NCBI GenBank assembly: GCA_013791785.1
Contig: VMTD01000005.1
Location: forward strand, 1 to 63,347
Reading direction: 5' to 3'
DNA: 63,347 nt
Source: Methanobacteriota archaeon
Lineage (GTDB): Archaea > Thermoplasmatota > Thermoplasmata > SG8-5
Made by a program: the position numbers and the translations under genes. Shown in pieces: positions 45,324-55,219 of the stretch; the stretch's first letter is position 1, and each line of letters opens with the position of its first letter. The notes below the pieces were generated by a model. The model searched no databases. It worked only from the letters and a program-made list of their open reading frames with translations, and had not been told where the DNA came from.

Positions 45324-48300
45324 ATGAGAAAAATATCTGCAATATTGCTTACATTGGCAATGGTGAGCACTGTTTTTGCGAGCGTTCCCATGGTTTACGC
45401 CAAGGAACCGGTTCAGAACAGTGTGCTGGATCAGGCATGGACCGGAGATCAGATAATCACGCCTGGTGAGATATACACGAATGAGATTATTTGGGTAACA
45501 GGTAATATCACAATCCCGACCGGAGCAAGCCTGACGCTTGTGAACACCACAATTGTGATGAATTCCTCTGCCACAATCAGGTATCACATTGAAGTTCAGA
45601 ATGGTGGTGCACTGGCACTTATTGATGGCGGTGATGGTCTGGCCCCAATGGATGTCGGAGACTCTGATCCATCCATTATTACAGCAAATGTAACTGCAAA
45701 TTACAATTTCTGGATAGATGCTGGAGCAACAGTAAGTGTTCAAAACAGTCAGATTCAGTATGCAGGAAATAATACCAACATGCCTCCAGATCCATGGAGT
45801 GGTATTTTTATCCAGTCAAATTCAGTATCAATCCAAAACAGCCTTATATCCGATTGTGAGCATGCTCTGATATATGACAGCTGTTTCCCGGCCCTTCTGG
45901 CATTCAATAATATCTCTAATAACAATGGTCTTGGAGTCGGCATAGGCGCTCTTACCAATCCGCTTTATAAAATAACCGGAACAATTTCCAACAATAATAT
46001 AGTGAACAATGGCGGAACCGGTCTGGAGATGCACGCACCGGATATTGATGTGGAAATATTCAACATGAATGTTTCTGAAAATAATTATGGAATCAATATT
46101 TACGGAGATGCAACATCATATGCAAATATCCACAATAACATTCTATGGCGAAACTTTGGGCCGTCAGACAACGGTGCTTCGGCAATTTACGTTTATGCCA
46201 ATGAAACAGGTATTGTTGATGCCACGGTCACGCATAACACAGTAATCGAGAACCAGTGCGGCGTGAGACTAGGATTCCGGTATGGCGGCATCCAGAGCGG
46301 AACAACGACTGCTCTGATAGCCAATAACACACTTATCGGAAATGACGGCGGCACATTGGTCAATGCAGAGGGAAATGCCAATGTAAAGATGGTTGACAAT
46401 TACCAGGCCGGCTCGGACTATTTCAGTAAGGTGGATAAGGTCAAGTTCGGCATGGAACCCAGCAATGATTATGCATGTCAAAACCTGACCTTAGAATATG
46501 CCAGAAATGTGGTGTGGTGCGGAATGGCCGGGGACGGCTGGAACACAGCGGTTGTGCTCCAGACCGGGGCCCAGAAGGAAATGGTCGCCACAGTATCTGA
46601 CAATGACATTCGCGGGGGAGCAAATATGGGCGGCGTATTCTGGCTCGGAAGTTCACGTAACAGTTGGAATTACATGCCCGAGAACCTGACCGCATACGTT
46701 GCTGATAACTATATCCAGCTGCTTTATGACTTTGATTCTTGGTCAAGCAGTGACATATCATATGCGTTCACATTTGATTCTCAGTTCAACACGGACCTGA
46801 CATTCATTGACAACACCTATTATTCCACCGATGCCGCCGAGGGCGGCCCGGATTACGGAAATTCAGTCCTATACATGGGCGCAGATGATTCGGAGGGTGA
46901 CATGACCTACAATCTGACTGCACTTATCCAGGGCAACAGATTCATAACCCGTAACCAGTATGACGACAATATGCGCTGTGCTTATATATGGGGCAATGCA
47001 AAATTGGACCTGGATGTGAAGATAATCGACAATTACTTCGAGTACATAGAGTACTACAGTCCAAGTTATTACATGACCGGCTTCATAATATTCGGAGACC
47101 CAAGGGATGCTGATTACGGCCCGGTGAATGTACACCTCGACATAATGAACAATGAAATGTTCATTGTTATTCCAGACGGACATGGAATTGCACCCTGGGG
47201 ATTGACGCGTTTCTCACCGAATGCCAGCTGCGAAAACACGTTCCTGAATTATACTGGCAACGATGTGACATATGTAGGTAGCGACTCTCAATCATACCTG
47301 ACTGGAACCCTAATCATAGGTAATGCAGACGATGATGAGTTTTCAAAGAATGTAACAGCAAATATCAATGATAATAATATCTTTGCTGACTTTGGTTCGG
47401 GTGCTGACACCGCTGGTGGTGCCATAGTTCTCAATGCTTGGGAAAATCTAATCGTAAATATGAACAATAATCGTATTGAATCTATTCAAACCGATGAAAC
47501 AACCTCAACCCCTTATGGTGTCAGGCTTGGCTTCTACTGTAACAGCAATGGAATAATCACCAAGAACACAACCGTAAAAATGAACAACAATGATATTATC
47601 ACCGCAGGCAGGGGCAGCGCATTGCTTGTTGGCGCTCTTAATGACCTGGACTTTGAATTTGACGGCGGAGAGATAAGCAAGGCATTCTATGGAGATTGCG
47701 GCGGTTGGGGGCCCTATGGAACTGAATATTCATACGGTTCAGGAATAGCAATGCTTGCACCTTACATGAATGCAACAATCAAAAATGCTTACATTCACGA
47801 CAACCATGGAGCAGGAATTTATGCTGACATTGAATATGATGCAAACATAGATATTATGGACTGCACGATAGAAGATAATTTGTGGCACGGCATATTGCTG
47901 CAGAGTCAGAACGGTGTGATTGACGCGACCGGCTCCATTGAGGGCTGCACAATCACTGGTAATGGAGCAAACCTGAACGGCGACCTGCCTGGCCTGGGTA
48001 GTGGCATGTACTTCGACAATGTCATAGCGGACGTTGTCAATTGCACTCTCGACAACTCGGGCGGGAATGTCGAACTGGGAATCATGAGCGAGTCACACGT
48101 CACTGCATTGAACACCATCTTCGACAAGAACAGTGTGTTCCTGGATTCTGCTGCCGGATTCTTAACCGGTGGAACACAGCCGGAGAACACATGGGCCACC
48201 TGGGCGGCAGTAGGAAATAACGGATACTTCAACATCACGATTGACGGGGTGTCGGCCGATGTCGGACCTGTTGATCTTACCGGTGTTGTCGGCGGTGGCC

Positions 48301-50192
48301 AGGTGGCAACCGCAGTGACAAATGCCCTGGTTGCGGCGGGATTCACGGGTGTAACATGCACCTGGACCGGAACCGATTTTGTCATTACTTCCGGAACCAC
48401 AGGAAATCAATCTACCGTATCAGCCCTCACCACACACAGCGGCGCTCTTGGAACCGACATCTCCGGAGTTGCAGCCAGTACTGGTGTGACTGCATGGTGG
48501 TTGGACTGTGCAATTAACGGTACGTCCACCGCTGGAACCACAGCGACCCTGCTTGTCCAGTGGTTCATGCACGTCAAGGCTCAGCAGCTGAGTTCTGGCT
48601 TGGGACTTCCGGGCGCAAGCGTTACGGTTCGGGATGTTACTGGCACAGTTGTGGGAACGGGCACAACAGCGAATGACGGTTGGAGGTGCTTCGTCGTAGA
48701 TGAATATTTCCAGAATGTTACCCAGAGCAATATTGATAGGACATACTTCACAGCACACAGCGTAAGTGCGACAAAAGGCACTGCGACAGGAAACGCCGCT
48801 CCGGTCATCATGGATGCAACAAAGGATGTCATTGTGATATTGGATTACACCTCCTTCCCGCCGGTCGCCAATGCCGGTCCGGACCAGACAGTGAACGAAG
48901 ACGTGAATATGACATTCGATGGTTCTGGTTCGACGGACGATTTCTGGATAACAAACTGGACATGGACATGCGCCGCTGCAAATTGCACATTATACGGCGA
49001 AACAGTGAACTACACGTTCAACACACCTGGTGTTTACACTGTCACATTGACAGTCACCGACTATGAGGGATACACAGACACAGATTCCGTAAACATAACG
49101 GTGGTGGATGTGGCTGCTCCAGTAGCAAACGCCGGACCTGACCAGACAATCAACGAAGATTCTGTGGTTACATTTGATGGAACTGGCAGCACCGACAACG
49201 TTGCAATCATTAATTACACCTGGACATTCACAGATGGCAGCACAGTTGTCTCCCTTTATGGTGTATCTCCCGCCTACACGTTCCAGATGCCCGGGGCGTA
49301 CAGTGTGACTTTGACAGTGAGCGATGGGACTAACACTGCTACCGACACAGTTATAATCACGGTAAGGGACATCACTGCGCCAGTTGTGGATGCGGGTGCA
49401 GGGAAAACCGTTCCGCAAGGCACAACCGTGATACTCGACGGGTCCCCGAGCTTCGACAACGTGGGCATTGTCAGCTATGTTTGGACATTCAATGACGGAG
49501 CCAATGAGGTAATACTTGCAGGCAAGTTCATCAACTACACCTTTACACAACAGGGCAATCGAACCGTGGCTCTCAAGTGCACCGATGCAGCAGGAAATAG
49601 TGCAACTGGTACAACCTGGGTGAATGTCTGTGACATGACCCCGCCGAACGTGCTTGTTGTGGCACCCGGCGAGAGCCTGACCGGAGTCCCGATTGACTGG
49701 GCCCTCATAATAGTCTTTGACGAGCCAATGGATACTGCAAGCGTCGAGGCTGCATTCAGTATCAGCGGCGCCAACGCAACAGTGACAGGTTTCACCTGGG
49801 ACGCCACCAACAGATACGTGACCATTGACTTCTCTACCCTGGCATACGGCACAACCTACACATTCATGGTGGGAGCCAATTCCTCGGATGTGGCAGGCAA
49901 CCACATGGTCACGGCTTACACAGGGTCATTCAAAACGATAAGCGCCCAGGAGACCCCGGAGATACAGGAACCCGAGACCAACTTCTTCACCGACAACTGG
50001 TGGATACTCGTGGTCATAATCGTGATTCTGGGAATACTCCTCCTGGTTTCGCTGCTGAGAGGTGGCTCAAAGGAGCCGGCACCACCTGCACCGGAGACAC
50101 CACCGGAACCGCCAGTCGAACCCGAGACACCGGCAGAGCCCCCGGAAGAAGCGCCTGCAGAGCCAGAGGTCGAAACTGAAGAAATTCAATAA
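45324..50192 (+). CDS. Giant surface protein (1622 aa): beta-helix region, 3 PKD domains, an SbsA-type Ig domain, a TM anchor and a Pro/Glu-rich cytoplasmic tail
   Basis: GAGGTGA RBS. PKD units NAGPDQTVNEDVNMTFDGSGSTD...YTVTLTVTDYEG repeated. TM WWILVVIIVILGILLLVSLL. Tail PAPPAPETPPEPPVEPETPAEPPEE. Confidence 0.85.
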   Translation: MRKISAILLTLAMVSTVFASVPMVYAKEPVQNSVLDQAWTGDQIITPGEIYTNEIIWVTGNITIPTGASLTLVNTTIVMNSSATIRYHIEVQNGGALALIDGGDGLAPMDVGDSDPSIITANVTANYNFWIDAGATVSVQNSQIQYAGNNTNMPPDPWSGIFIQSNSVSIQNSLISDCEHALIYDSCFPALLAFNNISNNNGLGVGIGALTNPLYKITGTISNNNIVNNGGTGLEMHAPDIDVEIFNMNVSENNYGINIYGDATSYANIHNNILWRNFGPSDNGASAIYVYANETGIVDATVTHNTVIENQCGVRLGFRYGGIQSGTTTALIANNTLIGNDGGTLVNAEGNANVKMVDNYQAGSDYFSKVDKVKFGMEPSNDYACQNLTLEYARNVVWCGMAGDGWNTAVVLQTGAQKEMVATVSDNDIRGGANMGGVFWLGSSRNSWNYMPENLTAYVADNYIQLLYDFDSWSSSDISYAFTFDSQFNTDLTFIDNTYYSTDAAEGGPDYGNSVLYMGADDSEGDMTYNLTALIQGNRFITRNQYDDNMRCAYIWGNAKLDLDVKIIDNYFEYIEYYSPSYYMTGFIIFGDPRDADYGPVNVHLDIMNNEMFIVIPDGHGIAPWGLTRFSPNASCENTFLNYTGNDVTYVGSDSQSYLTGTLIIGNADDDEFSKNVTANINDNNIFADFGSGADTAGGAIVLNAWENLIVNMNNNRIESIQTDETTSTPYGVRLGFYCNSNGIITKNTTVKMNNNDIITAGRGSALLVGALNDLDFEFDGGEISKAFYGDCGGWGPYGTEYSYGSGIAMLAPYMNATIKNAYIHDNHGAGIYADIEYDANIDIMDCTIEDNLWHGILLQSQNGVIDATGSIEGCTITGNGANLNGDLPGLGSGMYFDNVIADVVNCTLDNSGGNVELGIMSESHVTALNTIFDKNSVFLDSAAGFLTGGTQPENTWATWAAVGNNGYFNITIDGVSADVGPVDLTGVVGGGQVATAVTNALVAAGFTGVTCTWTGTDFVITSGTTGNQSTVSALTTHSGALGTDISGVAASTGVTAWWLDCAINGTSTAGTTATLLVQWFMHVKAQQLSSGLGLPGASVTVRDVTGTVVGTGTTANDGWRCFVVDEYFQNVTQSNIDRTYFTAHSVSATKGTATGNAAPVIMDATKDVIVILDYTSFPPVANAGPDQTVNEDVNMTFDGSGSTDDFWITNWTWTCAAANCTLYGETVNYTFNTPGVYTVTLTVTDYEGYTDTDSVNITVVDVAAPVANAGPDQTINEDSVVTFDGTGSTDNVAIINYTWTFTDGSTVVSLYGVSPAYTFQMPGAYSVTLTVSDGTNTATDTVIITVRDITAPVVDAGAGKTVPQGTTVILDGSPSFDNVGIVSYVWTFNDGANEVILAGKFINYTFTQQGNRTVALKCTDAAGNSATGTTWVNVCDMTPPNVLVVAPGESLTGVPIDWALIIVFDEPMDTASVEAAFSISGANATVTGFTWDATNRYVTIDFSTLAYGTTYTFMVGANSSDVAGNHMVTAYTGSFKTISAQETPEIQEPETNFFTDNWWILVVIIVILGILLLVSLLRGGSKEPAPPAPETPPEPPVEPETPAEPPEEAPAEPEVETEEIQ

Positions 50193-50281
50193 GCAAGAAT
50201 GGGGGGCCCTAGGGCTCCCCTCCTTTTCACTTTTATAATTTTATTGGAAAATGTTTATTACCCCAGACGTGTATTGCTTTT

Positions 50282-52327
50282 ATGAAAGGCTACTGTATGA
50301 GAACATTGCTCTCCATCATTCTGGTACTCGCCCTCCTTCTGGGTATGTTTGCGTTCGATTCACAAACAGCAAAGGCGGAATCATGGATGGATGATTTCAC
50401 CAATCCTGACCTGCAGTTCGATCCTCGGTGGGTGATTGGCGGCCAGGGGCAGGCCTATCCATTCAATGGGACCTATGCCGAAGCGGTCTCGTTCACAACA
50501 TCGGAAAATAGCGGTTGGCACGGACCCTGGTTGAAGACCCAGATTTCCCCGGCCGCAGATTTCAATGTGACTCTCAAACTCGACTGTATAGCGGATTATG
50601 CAAAGGAGACGCGCGGCCGATTGGAAGTACAGCTTCTCGATACTGCGGGGATTCAATTTTACTCCTTCGGCTGGGAAGATACGGAACTCACCAATCAATA
50701 TGCCGCAATCAACCTGAAGGGGGAGGGCAATCAGACACTGTTCTCCACTGGCGGGTCGGTAAAATACACGATATTCACGGGCAAGTTGCTGTCTCTTTCC
50801 AGAGCATCCGGCGAAATCGGGCTATACATTCAGGGAAACCAGGGTTTCAATGCCCCGGCAAGCTCCAAGGCGCTTTCCGCGGTACGGATATCATTCTACA
50901 AACATGAACTCACCTGCACCCCCACCTACATGAGACTGGATTCGATATCTGTCGTGACAACACCGGCCACACTCCCCACGGTTCCGCTGGGGTTAGCCGT
51001 GGAATCTTTGGACCGCACGGTATCATTGACCTGGAATTCACCATCCAGCAATGGTGGCCTGCCTATCACGGCTTACAACATCTATCGTGCAACAGAACCC
51101 GGTGCCTCTCAGTACCTTACTACCGTGGGTGATGTAAATGTGTACAACGATACCGGTTTGACAAACGGACAAAATTATTATTACACTTTATCAGCGGTTA
51201 ACAACTTGGGTGCGGGGGCGGTCGCAGACGAAATCACTGCCATGCCGGTAGGTCTTCCAGGTCAACCCAGGAATTTGCAGGCGGTATCCGGCAATGATTA
51301 TGTATCATTAGTATGGCTCCCACCGTTGAGCGATGGAGGAAGTCCGATTACGAATTATTCCATTGAAAGGGGCGAATTGAGATTTGATGTTTCCGGTGAT
51401 TCAACAACATTCAACGACACCGACCTCAAGTCCGGAACGGAATATGAATACAAGATATCGGCGTCAAACGCCCTCGGAGAAGGGTTGTTTTCACTCTCAG
51501 TCTTCGCCACACCCGGAGCTACCCTTCATCTCCCCATGCCACCGCAGAACCTGAGGGCGCAAGAGGCTGATTCACGGGTAGTGCTTACCTGGGACTCACC
51601 GTCCTCAAACGGGAATTCATACATAGTGAACTACACTCTATACAGGGGTACTTCTCCGGGATCCATGACCATCCACAAGATATTCAGCATCCAGTATGAA
51701 TATGAAGATACAGGGTTGACTAACGGAGTGACCTATTATTACTCAGTAACGGCGACTAATGGTGTGGGCGAGGGACCGCAATCTGCGGAGGTTAGCGTCA
51801 CCCCAATGGCCCCATTGCCCCCCTCCGAACCCATGCAATTCATCATTAACGGAACTCAGTCATTCGTAATGCTTGAATGGTTGCCACCGCTTTCTGACGG
51901 CGGGTCAGACATCACCGGATACAAGGTATATCGCGGCACTTCTCCCGGTCAACTATCCCCTATTGCAAATCTGAGCGTGGTGTATTCATATACCGACACG
52001 GATGTTTCCCTGAATCGTACATACTTATATGCGATATCCGCGGAAAACATAGCCGGCGAAGGTACCAGGACATCCGAACTTAACATCACCCTAAAGGGCG
52101 CAGACCCTGTCATACTGAATCCGGACAACACCGGGACGGGCATCGACATAAATCTGAATTCGACCATTGTAACATTCATTGCTTTCGGTGTTGCGGCGTT
52201 AGCTATCTTTGCTTTTCTGAGATTACCCCCCAATAAATCCGAGGGGAATTCATCCGAGAACCCAGACGAGGCTGTTGATGATAAAGCCGATAATGATGGA
52301 TCCGACAAAGAAGAAGAAAAGAAGTAA
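50282..52327 (+). CDS. Surface protein with an N-terminal ~210-aa beta-sandwich-like domain, four FN3 domains and a TM anchor
   Basis: Signal MRTLLSIILVLALLLGMFAF (the ATG at 50297 is also possible). FN3 units with SLTWNSPSSNGGLPITAYNIYR and LEWLPPLSDGGSDITGYKVYR. Confidence 0.85.
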   Translation: MKGYCMRTLLSIILVLALLLGMFAFDSQTAKAESWMDDFTNPDLQFDPRWVIGGQGQAYPFNGTYAEAVSFTTSENSGWHGPWLKTQISPAADFNVTLKLDCIADYAKETRGRLEVQLLDTAGIQFYSFGWEDTELTNQYAAINLKGEGNQTLFSTGGSVKYTIFTGKLLSLSRASGEIGLYIQGNQGFNAPASSKALSAVRISFYKHELTCTPTYMRLDSISVVTTPATLPTVPLGLAVESLDRTVSLTWNSPSSNGGLPITAYNIYRATEPGASQYLTTVGDVNVYNDTGLTNGQNYYYTLSAVNNLGAGAVADEITAMPVGLPGQPRNLQAVSGNDYVSLVWLPPLSDGGSPITNYSIERGELRFDVSGDSTTFNDTDLKSGTEYEYKISASNALGEGLFSLSVFATPGATLHLPMPPQNLRAQEADSRVVLTWDSPSSNGNSYIVNYTLYRGTSPGSMTIHKIFSIQYEYEDTGLTNGVTYYYSVTATNGVGEGPQSAEVSVTPMAPLPPSEPMQFIINGTQSFVMLEWLPPLSDGGSDITGYKVYRGTSPGQLSPIANLSVVYSYTDTDVSLNRTYLYAISAENIAGEGTRTSELNITLKGADPVILNPDNTGTGIDINLNSTIVTFIAFGVAALAIFAFLRLPPNKSEGNSSENPDEAVDDKADNDGSDKEEEKK

Positions 52328-53416
52328 TGCAGTGACCTTCTTTCCGAAGGTTGCAATCAACACAGGTATGGATGTGATACAGATGGCGTTCCCGGTTATT
52401 GCGAATGCAATAGCGTGACCGAGCGGTAATGCGCCGGAAGCCAGCAGTGGGGCAAGGATGAGAACGTCCTCTCCAGAACAGATGAAAAGCGGGATTCCCA
52501 TCAGCACTATGAGAAAGAGCCCGGGAATGCTGCCCCAAAGGTCGCCCTGGCTGCCGAATATATGGGATATTGTCTCCGCATCAATGTATACCGACAGAGC
52601 CGCGCCGATTATGAGCCCCAAAAAGATGTATTTCATTAGATACATAAACTGGTCCCAGGAGGCAAGAAGTGCGGAACTGTGGCTCTTCAACATGTTGGAT
52701 GATTTGCAACCCTCGCAAGTATAGCATCCCTTCCCGCAGGCATCGGGTTCCTTGACCCCCACGAAACGCTCGATGAATATCCCGGCGATCATGGCTAGAG
52801 CAAAGACGGAAATAACCTCGATGACAATATATTCCCACCCGATCCTCGCAAAAGCGAGAATAATGACTATCGGGCTGAGCACTGGGACGACTATCAGGAA
52901 TGTGATGACCGTGCGGACGCGCATTTGCTTTCCCATGAGCATCCCGTGGGCCAGGGGAACGGCCGCGCACGAACATATGGGAAGAAGCGATGCCATGGCA
53001 CCGGCTCCGAGCATGCTTTTTGGAAGCTTAATCTTGCCAATGCCCATGTACTTGACCATGAATCCAGCAAGGACACATCCCCAGATGAACCATGGAAGAA
53101 TGCCCAGAAGGTCCCTGAAAAGCCAGTCCAAGTATTCCCTGTCCTCCCCCAGCCCCGCTGTTTCGGTTATCTGGCACATCCAGCAATATAGGTAAAGGAA
53201 TACTGCGCCTATGGCGGCGATGCCCATGAACCAAATCTTGTACTTGTCAGGGATATTTGCATCATTGAACGTTTTGAGAAGAAGGCCATCCAATTTTTTC
53301 CAGTGCCTTCTCATCCATCCGAATATCCAGAGGGCTCCCGTGAATATGATAAGCAGCATACTGAGAAATTGGTGGATGCTGAAATCTCCTATTGTCAAAT
53401 CTTCAATGCCTGCCAT
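52250..53416 (-). CDS. Polytopic permease (DUF318/ArsP-like by the CSC motif)
   Basis: 388 aa, more than 8 hydrophobic segments, SLLPICSCAAVPLAHGM. Its 3' end overlaps the convergent FN3 gene by 78 nt. Confidence 0.7.
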   Translation of the reverse strand: MAGIEDLTIGDFSIHQFLSMLLIIFTGALWIFGWMRRHWKKLDGLLLKTFNDANIPDKYKIWFMGIAAIGAVFLYLYCWMCQITETAGLGEDREYLDWLFRDLLGILPWFIWGCVLAGFMVKYMGIGKIKLPKSMLGAGAMASLLPICSCAAVPLAHGMLMGKQMRVRTVITFLIVVPVLSPIVIILAFARIGWEYIVIEVISVFALAMIAGIFIERFVGVKEPDACGKGCYTCEGCKSSNMLKSHSSALLASWDQFMYLMKYIFLGLIIGAALSVYIDAETISHIFGSQGDLWGSIPGLFLIVLMGIPLFICSGEDVLILAPLLASGALPLGHAIAFAITGNAICITSIPVLIATFGKKVTALLLFFFFVGSIIIGFIINSLVWVLG

Positions 53417-53543
53417 ACGCCTACCATCAACTTCTTAGACTATTTAAATTTCTGGGTTTTTCTGGCATTGGATAGCTATATCACATTTATTGTAAAAATG
53501 TCGAGAAAACTCTGGCTTTCAAGCCGGAGATGAATCGACATAC

Positions 53544-53638
53544 ACAATAATCAGATAGACCGTTGTATGCCGTGCTAATGTAATCAAAGCAAATCGAAGC
53601 CGATGAACTTCGATAAATTAGGCATACAACTTATTATG
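53544..53638. repeat. Structured module D, copy 2
   Basis: Aligns with 681-776. Stems GTTGTATGCC...GGCATACAAC and AATCGAAG...CTTCGAT. Confidence 0.6.
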
Positions 53639-53693
53639 GTAAACTTCCAGCCCTGGCAACAAACGCCAGCCACTTTAGGGGCTGGTAGTTTAC
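53639..53693. repeat. Hairpin element B, copy 4 (55 bp, best-preserved palindrome)
   Basis: GTAAACTTCCAGCCC TGGC AACAAAC GCCA GCCACTTTAG GGGCTGGTAGTTTAC. Outer stem 14/15, inner stem TGGC/GCCA. Confidence 0.7.
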
Positions 53694-53730
53694 ACTGCCA
53701 GCAGAATAAACGATCTTGATGTGTTACGCC

Positions 53731-54846
53731 TCAGATAAGTTTGCCCCACGCATGCTCGAAATTGCAGGCCGTAAACCCAAGATCATTCTTTCCGACCTCC
53801 AGGGTGCCGTCCAGTTTCCTGAACCGGAACTCGTCCACCTCGGCGGGATACTCATTGTAATACAGAATTGACTTCATACCCATCCTCCTGGGCTGCTGGA
53901 ATCGCCAGTATGCGCGGGTGTAGGCCTTGAGGCGCAGGAAGAATTCTTTTTCCTTGTCCTTGCCGGTAATCTCGAACACCGGCAATCCGTCCACAACCCT
54001 GTGGCGTATCCTGGTGTGCTTGGTGTTGAACCTGTACTCCGTGTCGGTGGGCTTATGGTAGAAATGTATTGACTTGTTCAGCCGGATATCGCATATGTCC
54101 AGGCCGCTTGTGGGCTTCTCCTTGCTCCGGAATATCTGGGGACCGATGTACGGCATGAAGTAGTCTATATAGCTTCCATCCTCGCAGTGCACCAGGCCCC
54201 AGTACCACGGCGGCGCGGGCGCATTCACCGTTACTCGCTGATGATAGGCGCTGCCCTCGATGGGCTTGCCTTTGATTGTTCCGGTGAGCTTCATTCCATA
54301 AATCTTCATGATATTGTAACTGTATTTCTTCGTGTACTGGTTCTCGTTGAACCTGTGCTGCTGGAGATAATCGTTCCACGGGGTCATTTCAAAATGAAAA
54401 TCATTGTCCTGGTCCTTGATGTTAACAGTGTATTTCTCAGGTTTTCCAAAGAACCTGTAATCTGTGCCTTCCAGTATGGGATTCATCTCGCCTTCATCTC
54501 CGTCATGGCGCACCTCGAAATCCGCCTCCTCAAGCACCAGCGGGTCATACATCTCTTTCCCGTCGAACCACCATGCGGCCACCATGCCGTTGAATTTCAA
54601 TGCGTCCCCTTCCCAGGTCGGCAGTTTGGAAACGCTCCACATGCGGTCCATCACCATTATGTCATCGGTGTATTTCGTGGACCACAGGATCATTAGCTGT
54701 TTTGTTTTGCCTGGGTTCTCCGGATCTTTTATGAAAAAAATCCACCACCACCACCACCAGGTGAGATTCTTTATCATATCGTCAGTTTTGAGAACCCACA
54801 TGTTTTCATAGGGTTTGTGAATTTTGCCTGCAACGTCCTTGGCCAT
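53731..54846 (-). CDS. Hypothetical protein with a run of six consecutive tryptophans; weak resemblance to tocopherol-cyclase/CrtC-like beta-barrel proteins
   Basis: 371 aa from the ATG at 54846. NLTWWWWWWIFFIKD is encoded by (TGG)6 at 54742-54759. GSAYHQRV...PPWYWGLVHCEDG loosely recalls cyclase-family motifs. Confidence 0.6.
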   Translation of the reverse strand: MAKDVAGKIHKPYENMWVLKTDDMIKNLTWWWWWWIFFIKDPENPGKTKQLMILWSTKYTDDIMVMDRMWSVSKLPTWEGDALKFNGMVAAWWFDGKEMYDPLVLEEADFEVRHDGDEGEMNPILEGTDYRFFGKPEKYTVNIKDQDNDFHFEMTPWNDYLQQHRFNENQYTKKYSYNIMKIYGMKLTGTIKGKPIEGSAYHQRVTVNAPAPPWYWGLVHCEDGSYIDYFMPYIGPQIFRSKEKPTSGLDICDIRLNKSIHFYHKPTDTEYRFNTKHTRIRHRVVDGLPVFEITGKDKEKEFFLRLKAYTRAYWRFQQPRRMGMKSILYYNEYPAEVDEFRFRKLDGTLEVGKNDLGFTACNFEHAWGKLI

Positions 54847-54891
54847 CACGGTTCTGGACGGCGCGCAGTTACAAATACCTGTCGGATGGTA

Positions 54892-55166
54892 GTGATAGTA
54901 GTATTCTGAAGTTTGCTCGTTAAATTGTAGATTATATATTGATGCTTCCAGTATGCTGTTTTATCAATCTTTTTTAGTGAACAGTGAATAGTGATAAGTG
55001 AAAAATGAAAAACGTAGTATTTTTGTCCTTGATAGCCAATTTTTTCACCATTTACCTCCCAACGTCACTTTTCACTATTCACTTTACACTTTTCACTAAT
55101 CACTTCGGCCAGTCAATAAGTCCGTAAATCTACAATCGTTATTGCTTCATTTCACTAAATACTTCC
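54892..55166 (+). mobile_element. MITE-A copy 8 (composite type, degenerate termini)
   Basis: 55 nt (54974-55028) are identical to 34510-34564, the same heptad-palindrome module. Ends GTGATAGTAGTATTCTGAAG / TTTCACTAAATACTTCC. Flanks GGATGGTA / TGACGGCA match at 5/8. Confidence 0.7.
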
Positions 55167-55219
55167 TGACGGCAAATTTTATGGTGTATCATTCCATGGC
55201 CCCTTCAAGAGGTTTTGAA

